Source: Nageia nagi
Lineage: Eukaryota; Plantae; Pinophyta
Length of the DNA stretch: 64,000 bases
NCBI GenBank assembly: GCA_050084985.1
Contig: JBITNC010000001.1
Location: 6,696,001 to 6,760,000, forward strand
Reading direction: 5' to 3'
Shown here: piece after piece, positions 24,470-36,592 of the stretch
Position numbering within the stretch: position 1 is the first letter of the stretch
Layout of the letters: every line of letters begins with the position of its first letter
Position numbers and translations under genes: made by a program
The notes under the pieces: generated by a model
The model's database searches: none
Told to the model about the DNA's origin: nothing
What the model saw: the letters and a program-made list of their open reading frames with translations, nothing else

Positions 24470-25780
24470 TGTTGACACCTAAAATGGAAACACTTTTTTG
24501 TTTTATATGTTTTAAAATAAATTATTATATATATGCTTTATTTTGATATTATTTATGATATATTATTATTTTATGTTGATATGCATGTTGTCTCATGTTA
24601 TTTCCTTTTTTGTGATACACGGATTAAAGGAGCACTAAGAGAGCTAGATGAGAATTGTCTATATAAGGAGATGTACATATGAGATGACTATCAAATCTTT
24701 GTCTTGATAGCTTTCGCACACTTTTTGTGATCTATATCTCTAGATACCATCTATCAAGATTTGAGATTTTATTGTCACAAATAATATTATCCATCTTTCA
24801 CCATTGTTTTCTAGTTTAGGCTTGTGATCCGTAATAGATAGACAAACTATGACTATTGTGAATAATTACAAATTTTAGAATTGGATGAAGTATGTAATTT
24901 CAGTGCAAATGCAACTAACTATGAAAAAATAATAGTACAATCAGCAAACCATTCACACAAAATGTGATAAGATTTACGATGAAAAACCCTCAATGTGGGG
25001 AAAAAAACATCGTTGAAGAACTCACTAGCTTTATTGATGACTCAAAATGGAGTTACAATCTTGGAAGGATTATAATGTGTTGGTACTGCAATAAACAACC
25101 AATACAACTAAGAAGAATCTCCCAACAATCTATAATGAACCTCCAAAATCATCATTCTACTCTCTTCAACTATCCTTTAGTACCTCTTCATTCATCCTTC
25201 ATTACCCTTAAAATGATGTGCAAACTTGTATTATAGACCTTAAAATGGCTCTTGAATTTCTACCTACCTAGACTCTGGGCCTTCCACCTTCTGACTTTTG
25301 AGCTTCATGTGACCTTTCGACTACCCATCGACATTTCTAGAGACAAATGATAGCATTTCTTTAAACACATCCCATTAGGTCAAAAGTAGTCATACTATAT
25401 CTCATTGGATAAATCTTTTCAAGAGATTTTCAATTGTATATAGTATACCTCAATCAAAGTTCAAGATCAAAAGTTACGAATATTTTATTGAACCAATTAT
25501 AGAATGTCGTCAAACCAGTTACAAACATGTCACTGGGTCAACAATAATGCAACATGTTGTATCAACAATATTGTGGATTATTGTTAATAGGCCAACAACA
25601 TCGCGAGTTATAATTGGCCCAACACCAATTGCTTCTTGTTGTTGGCTTGATAGCATAAGACCTTGTGTCGATTTGGTTGCAAAGGATCTTGGGTGTCGAA
25701 CCAATATCAAAGGATCTTGGGTGATGAACTGGTTGCAAAGGATTTGATATCAAACCAATTGCACAAATTTGATTGTATAA
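24470..25780. mobile_element. Jumbled LTR remnants, including short GGTTGCAAAGGATCTTGGGTG repeats
   Basis: TGTTGACACC start at 24470, TATA-like CTATATAAGG at ~24659, LTR-like composition. No convincing TSD. Confidence 0.35.
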
Positions 25781-25989
25781 TAAAACCCAAAAATGAAGTC
25801 ATATTATTAAAATATTATAATAAAATATACATTAACACATTAGGTATCTAAATAATGAAAGATAAATAAGTATTATTTACTATTGTATTATCTCACTTTA
25901 ATATTTAGGGTTTCTCATATGGAATCCCTTATTGTATGGGAAATGTAATTCTGACTATACTTGTATTAAAACTCCTCATATTAATGGAT

Positions 25990-26950
25990 TTTTATGAATT
26001 AATTCTCTTGCTCCATCTGCTTTTGGATGATGGGAGATGGAAAAACAATTGAATTAAAGACTCTTGTTTTCTTGCATCAAGTCTCTCATCTGAAATGATT
26101 GTTGCATTGAAAGCTTGAGAGAGATTTACAAAGGAATGCCCAGCACTCTTGCAAAAGTTGTAGAGAGAAACTCCCTGACTACCAATAAATCTGAGGAGAA
26201 GATTGATGAGTTGTATTTGTTTGAGCAATCATTGTGAAGAAATCTGTTTAAAAATGTGGAGAATAATGTGGCTTTATGAGAAATTGCCCTCCCAACCAAC
26301 AAATGTGAGCCCAGCCCTCTGTTCATTTATTAATCGCAACACACCCATCGCAGTAAACTTTTAATTGCATGGCGTGTTCCCACCTGTGACAGTCCCTCTG
26401 ATCTGCACTCATGCTCAGTAGTAATTGATGAGATTGTATGACGTGAAAACTCTTTCCTAGCGTCCAGCAACCTCACACAGCCAAGCTCGCTAGTCTCCTT
26501 GCAGCGCCCAACAAGTCCCCGTGAGAAGGGCCAATCTGCAGTCCATTAAACTTCCTAAGCATCAGCCAATGGTTTTTAATTAAACCACTCAGAAATATTT
26601 TGAAAAACAGACATAATATTTGCAAACATGGCGTTTGTAGCTAGCAAAATGTGCATTGAGCCCACGTCAAGCCCGCGCTCAGCTGGTTTGCTCATGAATT
26701 AAAAAATAAAGTTTCAAACTTAAAGGAGCAAAAATAGTTGCTTACGAGATATTGTGCCCAGCAATATAATCTTAAAAGGCAGACTTACTACATCAGCCCA
26801 GCAAAGCCACGAGGGAGAGATACTCATATTTAAAAGACACCAATATTTGCCCAGTAATATTAAAACCTTGGAGGTTATTATTTTAATTAGATTCACTTTT
26901 GAACATTGGAGAACAATAAATTTATGCTCAGCAAAACATGATTAAATTTG
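25990..26950. promoter_or_regulatory. CpG-retaining, promoter/5'-leader-like island inside copia-2
   Basis: About a dozen CpG in 26330-26700, TGACGTG (26439) and CACGTCA (26663), CCAAT at 26531 and 26566. No TE coding similarity seen. Confidence 0.45.
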
Positions 26951-27479
26951 GAGGAGGTAATACTATTTGCAAAGCAAGTATTAAATCGGAGGAGACTTTA
27001 AATTTTTGAATATATAATTTACTAAGAGAGAGTTATGAAGGAGATAATTTAATAAAATGTGTTTAACCATTTAAATGGAAAAGTAAAAAATTATGTATAT
27101 TTTTAAAAGAGAAATCAAACTTGGATCCATACAAAACATATTCAAGTCATAATCCATTTAAGTGAAGTTTGTGGTGTATTGGCAAAATTTAAAACTTGTG
27201 TAAAGATAGTCTCAAGTTCAAATCCTCATCACTTACAAATCAATTTGAACATGTGCTTAATTTTTTTTAAGCATATAAGTTAAAAATTGAAGGTATTTTT
27301 TAATTTTTTAAGCCAATATCATTAAATTAATATCTTGAAGGACATTTATTGAAAAAAATTATGAAATTGGAGGAGATTAAAACAATTTTTTTGAAGGCAA
27401 ATCAAGACCAAATTTTTTGCACACACCAAGAGTGATTTTTTTTGCAAATCGTTGAAGAAAAAATCTTGCAGAGATAAAT

Positions 27480-30400
27480 ATGGCCTAGATTGCCTCCAAA
27501 AGTTTGCTCCCCAACTCCTAAGTGTTTAAAGGGGACAATTATTCTACATGGAAAATGAAGATTCAAGCAATCCTTCGATTTGAAAAATTATGAGAGATTG
27601 TTACTGGCACTAAAACACGTCCAACCACAGCTCGCCAAGACTAAACTAAATATGATCAACGCAACAACAAGGTGCTCATGATCATTTTACTTGGAATCTC
27701 AAATGTCCAACCTCATGTCCATGAATGCACTAAATCCAATGATGCATGGAAGAAGTTGCAACAATTCTATGAGTCAAAGAACCTGAACCAAAATTTGCAT
27801 CTTCAAGGACAATTATACACACCAAGGTTGAAAGGTGAAGAGAAATTGGAATCATTCATTCGTCGAACTTTAGAACTCTGAACCTTCCTATAAGCAAAAG
27901 GAGAGACCATGGAAGACAAGCTCATGGTACCCATTGTACTGCGAGCATTCAAAGAGAAATTCTACACCTTTGTGACTTCCTTGAACTTTCTGGAATAAAA
28001 ACCAACCTTTGAAAAGTTGGTAAACATGTTGCAACAAGAATAAGCCTTCAATGAAACTTCTCATGAAGAGGAGCAAGCTATGATGTCAAATAAATGAGAT
28101 GATAAACCCTTCCAACAAAAAGGAAAAGGTAAAAAACCCTCAAAATCTAATGACAAGTAGAAGAAAAGTTGCATGATTTGTGGCAAGAAAAGGCATGAAT
28201 TTTGAAATTGTTGGTACAATTCTTTTACTCAAGGCTCTTCAAGCAATAAGAATCCAAAATAAAAAGGGCAAAACCCTTAGAATCAGGGGGAGTGGAGATA
28301 AAGATGACCACAATGAAGACCACAATAAGCCAATATTGTAAATGATGTTGATCAAGTGACTGAAGATGTTAGTGATCTTGCTTTTGTTCATCAAGAGAAC
28401 CCTTTAGTCTCATCCACTTGATATGTTGATTCTGGTGCTTCCAAGAACATGATTGGCTGAAAGGATTGGTTTGCTTCCTTGGATGACAATGCAAATCCTA
28501 GTCAAGTTAGATTGGGCGATGACACATACCATGACATTGAAGGCAAGGGTGATGTTTATGTTCGACTTGGAAAGAACAACTGTTAGATCAAAGAGGTCTT
28601 GTATGTTCCAAGGCTCACGAAGAACCTCATGTTAGTTAGTCAGATGCTGGACAACAATATGAAGGTGGAGTTTGATATTGTAAAAGGAAAAAAGGTTTGC
28701 TTCATTCGTGACAAATCCAAAGGATGCCAAATAGTAGTAAAAGAAAATGGAGTTGAGAGAATATTTTTGCTTGATGTTGTAGCTTCCAAAATTAGGCACT
28801 CAATGTTCATGTCATAGATGTGACCATTATTTGGCTCCATAGATTTGAACATATGAATTCAAACTACCTAATCACTCTGCAAAAGAAGGATATGGTACAT
28901 GGTCTTCCATCTTTTAGTTCTACTAATGTTTGGTTTACTTGCATAGCAAAAAAACAACACAAAATTCCATTCGATGATAGCACAAATCGTGTTGAAGGAC
29001 CTCTTGATGTGATCCATACCGTGGACCAATTTGGGCTAGTTTTTTTGCCTCAAATAATTCTTGTTATTTATTAATGACTGCTCTAGAAAAATGTGGGTGT
29101 ATTTCCTAAAGACAAAGGACCAAACATTTTCCTACTTTAAGGAATTCAAGGCACTTTTGGAGAAACAAAATTTTCATCACATTCATGTTCTTCACTCAGA
29201 TTAAGGGGGAGAATACTTAGCAAATGAGTTTTCTACATTCTTGAAGCAACATGGATTTTGATGATAGTTAAACACATCTTACACACCATAGAAAAATGGA
29301 GTTTGTGAAAGGAGAAATTAAACCATTATGGAAATGGCAAGAAGCATGTTGAAATATGCAAAACTAAATGGAATTTTTTAGGCTGAAGTAATGAATGCTA
29401 TTGTATATCTGTTGAATAGGGTACCTATAAAAGCTCTTGATGGGATGACCCCTGAAGAAGCATGGTTAGGATAGTGACCAAATATCTGACATCTTTAAGT
29501 GTTTGGTTGTATTGCCTGCATGCACATTCCTAAGGAGCCCAGGAAGAAGATTGATGAAAAATAAAAGAGGTGCATTCTTCTCAAGTACAATAGTGAATCC
29601 AAATCCTATAAAATAATGGATCCTATTACTCAAAATACTTATATTAGCAAAGATGTAATCTTTGATGAGACTAGTGAATCTTCAACTAGTCCACTTACAG
29701 AGGTACCTGAACTGGAAAATGATCCTGTAATCAATTATGATGATGAAGATGATGATAGAGAAGCTTTTGTTGTAAATTTTCCACCTATAAATGTCAAAAT
29801 ACCTAAGTAGTGCCAAAAGATTTTGCAAGATTCCAACTTAAGTGCTCCACTAGACACTTCTAGCTCTAGACCAAGGACACAAAGCATGAATCATGAGGAA
29901 GTGAATTTGGCACTAATGAGCATAATTGTGAATACACTTGAACCTAAACGGTTCATGAAGCTATTGAGCTCCCACATTGAAAGTCAGCCATGCAAGTTGA
30001 ATATGATGCAAGATGAAAAATGGTACATGGAAGTTGGTAGATCTTACACCAAGAAAAAATGCCATTGGATGCAAATGGGTGTTCAAAACCAAGTACAAAG
30101 CTAATGGGAAACTCGATAAGCACAAGGCCCTTCTTGTTGCCAAAGGTTATGCTCAAAAGGAAGGTATTGACTATGAGGATACTTTTTCTTCCATAGCCAA
30201 GATGAAGACCATCAGAATTTATTTCGCAATGGTAGCAAAATTTGGTTGGAAATTCCATCAAATGGATGTGAAGAATGCCTTCTTAAATGGATACTTAGAA
30301 GAAGAAGTCTACATGTAGTAACCTAAAGGATTTGTGATTGATCTAGGGAAAAGAAAAGTGTGTAGATTAATCAAGTCTCTGTATGGCTTGAAACAGGCTC

Positions 30401-31459
30401 TACAAGCTTGGTACATGAAAATTGATTCCCATATACTACAACATAACTTAAATAAGATTCCATATGATCCTAAATCTACCTTCGACAACATGGGGGGATA
30501 CTATCATAGTTATAGTATATGTCAATAATCTGGTTATCACATGAAGCATTGAGGATTTGATCACATTTTGCAAAGATGACCTCAAAATATCATTCAACAT
30601 GATCAACCTTAGTTTACTTCACTATTTCCTTGGAGGTCTGGTAGATGCAAGACCAAATATTTGTTTTACATATGAAGTACACCAAGAAGTTATTGGAGAA
30701 ATTCAAGATGACAAAGTGTGAATCAATGAACATGCCAATTGAACATGGTTTACATTTTTCATGCCATGATTATTCTCCATTGGTAAATGCAAGTCTCTAC
30801 TGTTAGTTAATTGAAGAATTAATTTACCTGGCATACACCATGCCATATGTTTACTATACCATCAGTTATCTTTCATGATTTATGCATGAACCAAAGAAGG
30901 CTTATTGGACTACGATAAAGCATGTTCTAAGATACATCTGTGGCATTGATAATTATGGCCTAGAGTACAAGAAGAATGATAAGTTCATCTTCTTTGGATA
31001 CACAAATGCAAATTATGGAGGATCCTTGAATGATAGAGATTAATAAAAAGATATGTGTTCTTCCTTGGATCTGGACCAATTTCATGGGGTAGCAAGAAGC
31101 AAAGCATCACATCCAAGTATACCATAGAATCAAAATACAATGTTGCTGATGATGCTATTTGTGGAGTTGTATGATTATGTCATATTTTGACAAACATTAG
31201 AATTCTATAGAAGTAATCTACTATTCTACATTGGGACAATCAAGGTGTATTGAAACTAGTTCAAAATCCTTATTTTCATGAGCGCACCAAACAAATTGAG
31301 TTACTAGTGCACTTCATTCGAGATCATGTTTCATTACACAACATCCAACTCCACTACATTTCTATGAAAAAGTAAATTACATATGTCTTCACCAAATCTC
31401 TAGATAGTGGAAGGTTTGAATACTTTTGGAGCTTCCTCTTATGTCCTTTGAAGCCCTAA
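27480..31459 (+). pseudogene. copia-2 gag-pol polyprotein (decayed)
   Basis: FKGDNYSTWKMKIQAIL (gag), YVDSGASKN (PR), integrase (TP*KNGVCERRN), RT (WVFKTKYKANGKLDKHKA, QMDVKNAFLNG), RNase H (FHERTKQIE). Confidence 0.92.
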
Positions 31460-31937
31460 TGTATTATGGAGGGTATTAGAATAAATAATATATTAGGACA
31501 TTAGGTATGTAAATAATGTAAGGTAAATAATACACTAATTAGTATTGTATTATCTCACTTTAATATTTAGGGTTTCTCATATGGAGTCCATTATTGTACG
31601 GGAATGTAACTCTTGATAATACTTGTATTTAAACTTCTCTTCACATTAATGGAAATATCTCTCTCATTAATTTCCAATATAAAACAACTCCACCAAGATA
31701 TCTACTTATTAACCATGATGATTAAAGTTTTAGCACTATTACATTTTAGCGATTTTGCATCATACAATGTGTCAATCCATAGTCTTATTAAAAAAAAAAA
31801 ATTACAAAAATCTTGATGCATTAATTGATGCTAAGGTTACTATATAAAAAAGCATCATTCAAAGCATCAAGTAATGAGTCAAAGAATGCATGACTCTTTA
31901 TACGTCATGTATGCATCAACATGAAAGGAATGAGGAT

Positions 31938-32290
31938 TTGCATCTTGTCAAACAATTCATCTGTATTCTCTATGCTTCCATATTTTGCATATATGTCTAA
32001 CAGGGTACTCACAACCATAACATTCGATAAAAAATTTATTTTAAAGAGTATTTGATGTATGTATAAACCCTTTTACAAATATCTCATTTTGGTGCATGCT
32101 TTGAGGATGTTGGGAAAGGTGAATTCATTTGGTTGGACTATTTTTGGTGTTTATTGCATTTGTTAAAATAGTTTCAATATTTTTTGAGGAAAGTTGTATC
32201 TTTGGTAACTCAAAATTATCATATTCCATGAGCATACAGTAAAAAACTTCATGGGCATCCACCAAACTTTGAGGACCTCCTCTACCAAAC
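31938..32290 (-). pseudogene. PLS-class pentatricopeptide repeat (PPR) gene fragment
   Basis: Minus-strand translation CSWNMIILSYQRYNFPQKILKLF*QMQ*..VQPNEFTFPNILKACTKMRYL*KGLYIHQ..SNVMVVSTLLDIYAKYGSIENTDELFDKM, a P-L-S motif pattern with stops. Confidence 0.85.
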
Positions 32291-32780
32291 TTCGTGGGTG
32301 GTTGAAGCATGCAATCCACATTTTTCTTACCATAAAATGCATATACACACTACTATCTACATTCTCCAACCTATCTTCAACTCTTGCAAACCTATATCAC
32401 TAAAAATACAACCTTGTATCCCTAAAAATACCCTTGTAAAGGGAAAAATACCTTATTTATTCATCAATGGCATCATAACCACCATTAAAACTCCACCATA
32501 AATTAAGGGAATGCATCAACAGTTGATAGTGGATCATGTCATGATCTGTGAGTATGATCCTCATCTTTTTTTTTTATTCCATGTATCACTTGATGCACTA
32601 AAATGCATCAAACAATGCAACAAGTAGATTCAAAAAAATAGTTTTATCAATATTGATGTAGACATGCAAAATAATGACACATATTACGTCACTACATTAA
32701 AATGCAATTTTATGATGTATAATATGATGCAAAATTGGTAAAATGTAGTAGTGTAGTTTTTCAAAAAATGGTTTTGGACA

Positions 32781-33719
32781 AGATCTCCCTACTTGAGGAG
32801 CTTTTTTTTCCCTCAAAAGCTTTAATTTATCATGTGAGGATATAAATCCATTACCCGATCCAAAAGTAACCATTTTTCTTTGTTCAACATTTGCCCTTTT
32901 ACATAGAGTAGCCAAAATTCTTGATCAACCTTTCTTGAAGTACACATTTTCTTATCAAACATTACATCTTTTGTTGCCTCTTCAGAAGTTGATGAAACTA
33001 AATCACCCAATGTTGCAAAACAAAAGTATCTTATTAACAATCTAACAATGAAGGCTCAAATAGTTTGAGGTTCTCCACATTAATGATATAATACATTTAC
33101 GTGTAATTAGGCAAGTTGATATTGAATACATTTCCCCCATACTTGTCCATAATGTGAAATGGTCCATGTCATATAGGTTTCAACTTCTTACTAACTCCTT
33201 AAAGCCTCTCCTTAGCCAAATGCAACCATACCATATATTCAATTTGAAATTGATGTAGAATTATATGTTTATAATTTTATACCATTAATTAAAGGTATTC
33301 CTTGATGCTCCTGGTATTGTTTTTGAGTCTTCTAAATAAGCTAAATTTGTTGAATGAACTTAAGATCCTTACTACCTTCAAGCTTACTACTCCGTACTAC
33401 ATTTGAACTACTTGGAAAACTCCATCAAAAGGTGAATGTGATAGAAAATCATAATATACCTTGAATAATGATAATTGGGTATATGAATGAAAAGTCTTCT
33501 TGTATTAATATTGCACATAAGAAAAATTTTCATCCCAAGTATTTGGCCTCTAATGATTAAAATTAGGCAATCTAAAATTCACAAATAAATTTTGAAAGAA
33601 CAAAGTAGCTTCTTTAGTTGTAAAAATATTCCTACATGGGATCATGATAACCATCTTGCTAAACTTATCAACTATCACATACAAGTAGTCATTCCTCTTG
33701 CAAATAGTAGGCAATTCAC
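32781..33719 (-). mobile_element. Ty3/gypsy chromovirus 3' remnant: integrase, chromodomain-like tail, PPT (LTR begins at 32780 on minus)
   Basis: LPTICKRNDYLYVIVDKFSKMVIMIPC (INT), INVENLKLFEPSLL, chromodomain-like FWLLYVKGQMLNKEKW..LYPH, then AAGTAGGGAGATCT|TGTCCAAAACC. Confidence 0.75.
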
Positions 33720-35142
33720 CACTACACCAAAAAAGGACATTTGGCAATAATAATAGAATAATATTTTTATGAGTCTTTAACTATTGTAATAAACCCTAAG
33801 AGGGTGGTTTAAAGCTTATTTAAAAAATATAATAGTAAAAATATTTATGATAGTTAAAAAATTTACAATGGTTTTAAACTGTTGTTAAAAATTACAAAAA
33901 AAATTCACGAAGGCATTAAGCTGCAATAGTTGGAAAACAAAAATGGAAATGGGGGGGGGCACATATTCCCCATTTCCAAATACTTTAAATCCATTTTCAG
34001 ATATTTCAAAATCCATTTCCAAACATTTAAAATCCATTCCCAAACATTTCAAAGCCATTTATGAACATTTTGAAGCTAAACATTTGAGTAAGGTCAGATG
34101 AGAGCAACTATAAGGTAATGATCTTGGAAACATCTAGGTATAAGTTCTTAATTTCTCTATCTTATATGAATGTTAAATAAAAAAAGGATTTGTTGCTACC
34201 AAATTTTGTATTCCTACATTCTTATGTGATTTACAAGCACCAAGAAGACACATCCACATACCCAATCAGGTTTTATGGATATTTTTGCAAATAAGTTCAA
34301 TAATGCATGTATACTGATTCATCTTAGGAATAACACAATAAGATTTGCTCTTGCTATTAGGGTTAGGTACCAATTTATTCATATGAAGCTTATGCTATTA
34401 GGGTTCATTCCCAAGCATTTTGTTAGATGAAAGAGTTTAAGGGCATTTTTGTTGTTGCCCTAAATCTTATCCTCCAATTATTCAAACTAAATAATTTTTA
34501 GGCCCTTTTTAATGTTTTTATTTCATAAATATCTTATGAACATTATAATCTATGAAACTATTTCTTGTATTTTCTACATTTTGCATCCATGTCTATCAAG
34601 GTATTTAAAACTACAACATTAAAATGAAAAATCATTTTTAAATACTCTTTGATGGATGTCCATACCTTCTGAAACTCCCATGGTGGCACATATTGGAAGA
34701 AAGTTGGAAAAGATTGTAGAGTTTGGTTTTGCACCTAATAATTACATCTTCTTAATTGTATCTATAACCTTTTTAGAAAACCCATTGTATGCATATCCTA
34801 CAATCATTGCAATTCATGAGACTACAACTAGATGAAGCATTTTGTTATACAATTCATGAGCCCTTTCAATGTATCCACTTTGTGCATACCTTGAGATCAT
34901 TGCATTACATGAAGTTATTTCTACATCATGCATCTTTTCAAATTATTCTTGTACCCTATGCATTCTTCTTGCATCATAAAAAGGTAAATAATGCATGTAT
35001 AATGATTCATACCCATGAATAATACAATAAGAGTGGTTCATTTTACTAAAGTATTTATCACCCTTCACTAGACCTAGATGGTTGCAAGTAAGGAGAACAT
35101 ATCCTAACTTTATACTATAAGGGTTGGTTCCCAAGTACTTCA

Positions 35143-36559
35143 TGAAGGTATTTAATGTTATATGGTTTGAATTCTAGTGGAATTTTGAATACCAATGACT
35201 ACTAATTGCCTATACTATCCATATACGGTTACACCTACCAGATTTAGTATGTTGCAGGACCATAGTTGAGTGTTGAATAATCAAGATCTATTCCTTTTAT
35301 TGATACATATATGATTTTGTAATTATTAATTTATGCCCATACTCTTCTCTAATTTTGTGGACCCTTCATTTATATTTTTGATTCCCATACTACCTTCTCT
35401 AAGTTTTATGGGTGCTTCATTTATGTTTTTGCATGGATCTGCAATCTATGAGTTCACATGGAGCCTTCTACACTCTACTTTATTCTTGTATAAATAGGGA
35501 CTTCATTTCCCATTCATAGAAATAGATTAATGTAATTTTATGTTGCCATTTTGGCTCTAGAATATAAAGCATTCATATTTACTTTGTAATACCTCATGGC
35601 TGTGTGGCATGTTATCTCTTTTGAAACTTGTATGGTTGAGAAACACTTACAAATATTTTGCCTCTAATTCAAGGTGATATTTACTTATTTGTGATAATTT
35701 TACTTCATGGGTACTTGTATGTATTACCACTTTTGAGTAAATAGTTTTGTTATTTTATGTTTTATCAAACTACCTTTGTTTGGTTTAGCTTATCTTTTGG
35801 GGGCTAGATATTTGTATCTAGATATCCATTTAGTGTGATTCCTTCTTGATTGGATTACTAATCATAAGACCTTTCTAACCATGTATACTTTATTATAATT
35901 GTTGGTGGAACACACTTATAAATCCCAAAATACAAAACTACCCTTTCTACATTCATGCTTAGTGAGCCTTATGAAGTTTGTTTGCTTAAACTTAATTTTG
36001 ACCCTTCCATAAATCTTGAAAGTATATTGGACCTTCACCATTAGATAGAGAATTTCTTTATGATAATTTTTATGGGTCATAGTGTAAGGTTTTTTTAGGA
36101 ATCACATAAGTTACAAGCTTCAAAATTTTTCTACCCTCATGCTCTAGACTACAGATTCCACAACTGTTGATTTTCCCAAAGTACCAAAAAAATCTTCTCA
36201 ACCACAAATTGTTGGATCCCTAATATTTCCAAATTTCACTATTTTCTAATTTCTCTAGAGCTCTATCTTTGAAAATTTTATTTCCTTTAGTGTTTTGATT
36301 CTCTCAAAAATTTGATCAGTCCTAACCCATCAAAATCTTTTAGAACCTTAGTCAAATTTATGGTATCAAAGCTTGGAGCTTTGAGCATCCAAAATCATCA
36401 TTTGGATTCAGAGCTATTGTATTGATCCTGTTTGATCTAAATTATTCAATTGGTATCAAATAATTTGTACCTTTTTCACCATTCCTAGGGAGTGGTGACT
36501 TCAGAAACTTCACATAGTATTAGAGCCATATTTTTATCTTAAAACCTTCAAATTCTTCA
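35143..36559 (+). repeat. 5' LTR of copia-3
   Basis: TGAAGG...TTCTTCA, colinear with 40524-41298 and 46734-47372. Confidence 0.9.
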
Positions 36560-36592
36560 TTTGGTATCAGATCCATCCGATCTATTGGGTTA

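Larger units (their letters stand above)
25813..31679 (+). mobile_element. Ty1/copia element with short (~200 bp) LTRs (copia-2); 5' LTR end and PBS replaced by foreign DNA
   Basis: LTRs ~25813-25990 and 31474-31679 (shared TATTGTATTATCTCACTTTAATATTTAGGGTTTCTCATATGGA). TSD TAAAA on both sides. PPT-like GGAGGG before 31474. Confidence 0.85.

Noticed and set aside
26021-26295. miR159/319-like word (TTTGGATGATGGGAG) and miR399-mimic-like word (AAATTGCCCT)
   Set aside because: Only partial matches with several mismatches or indels against the conserved mature sequences.
33944-33978. TGGAAATGGGG/CCCCATTTCCA hairpin around a G-run as a terminator or G-quadruplex
   Set aside because: Explained by inverted subterminal repeats of the CACTA element. 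It has a single G-run only.
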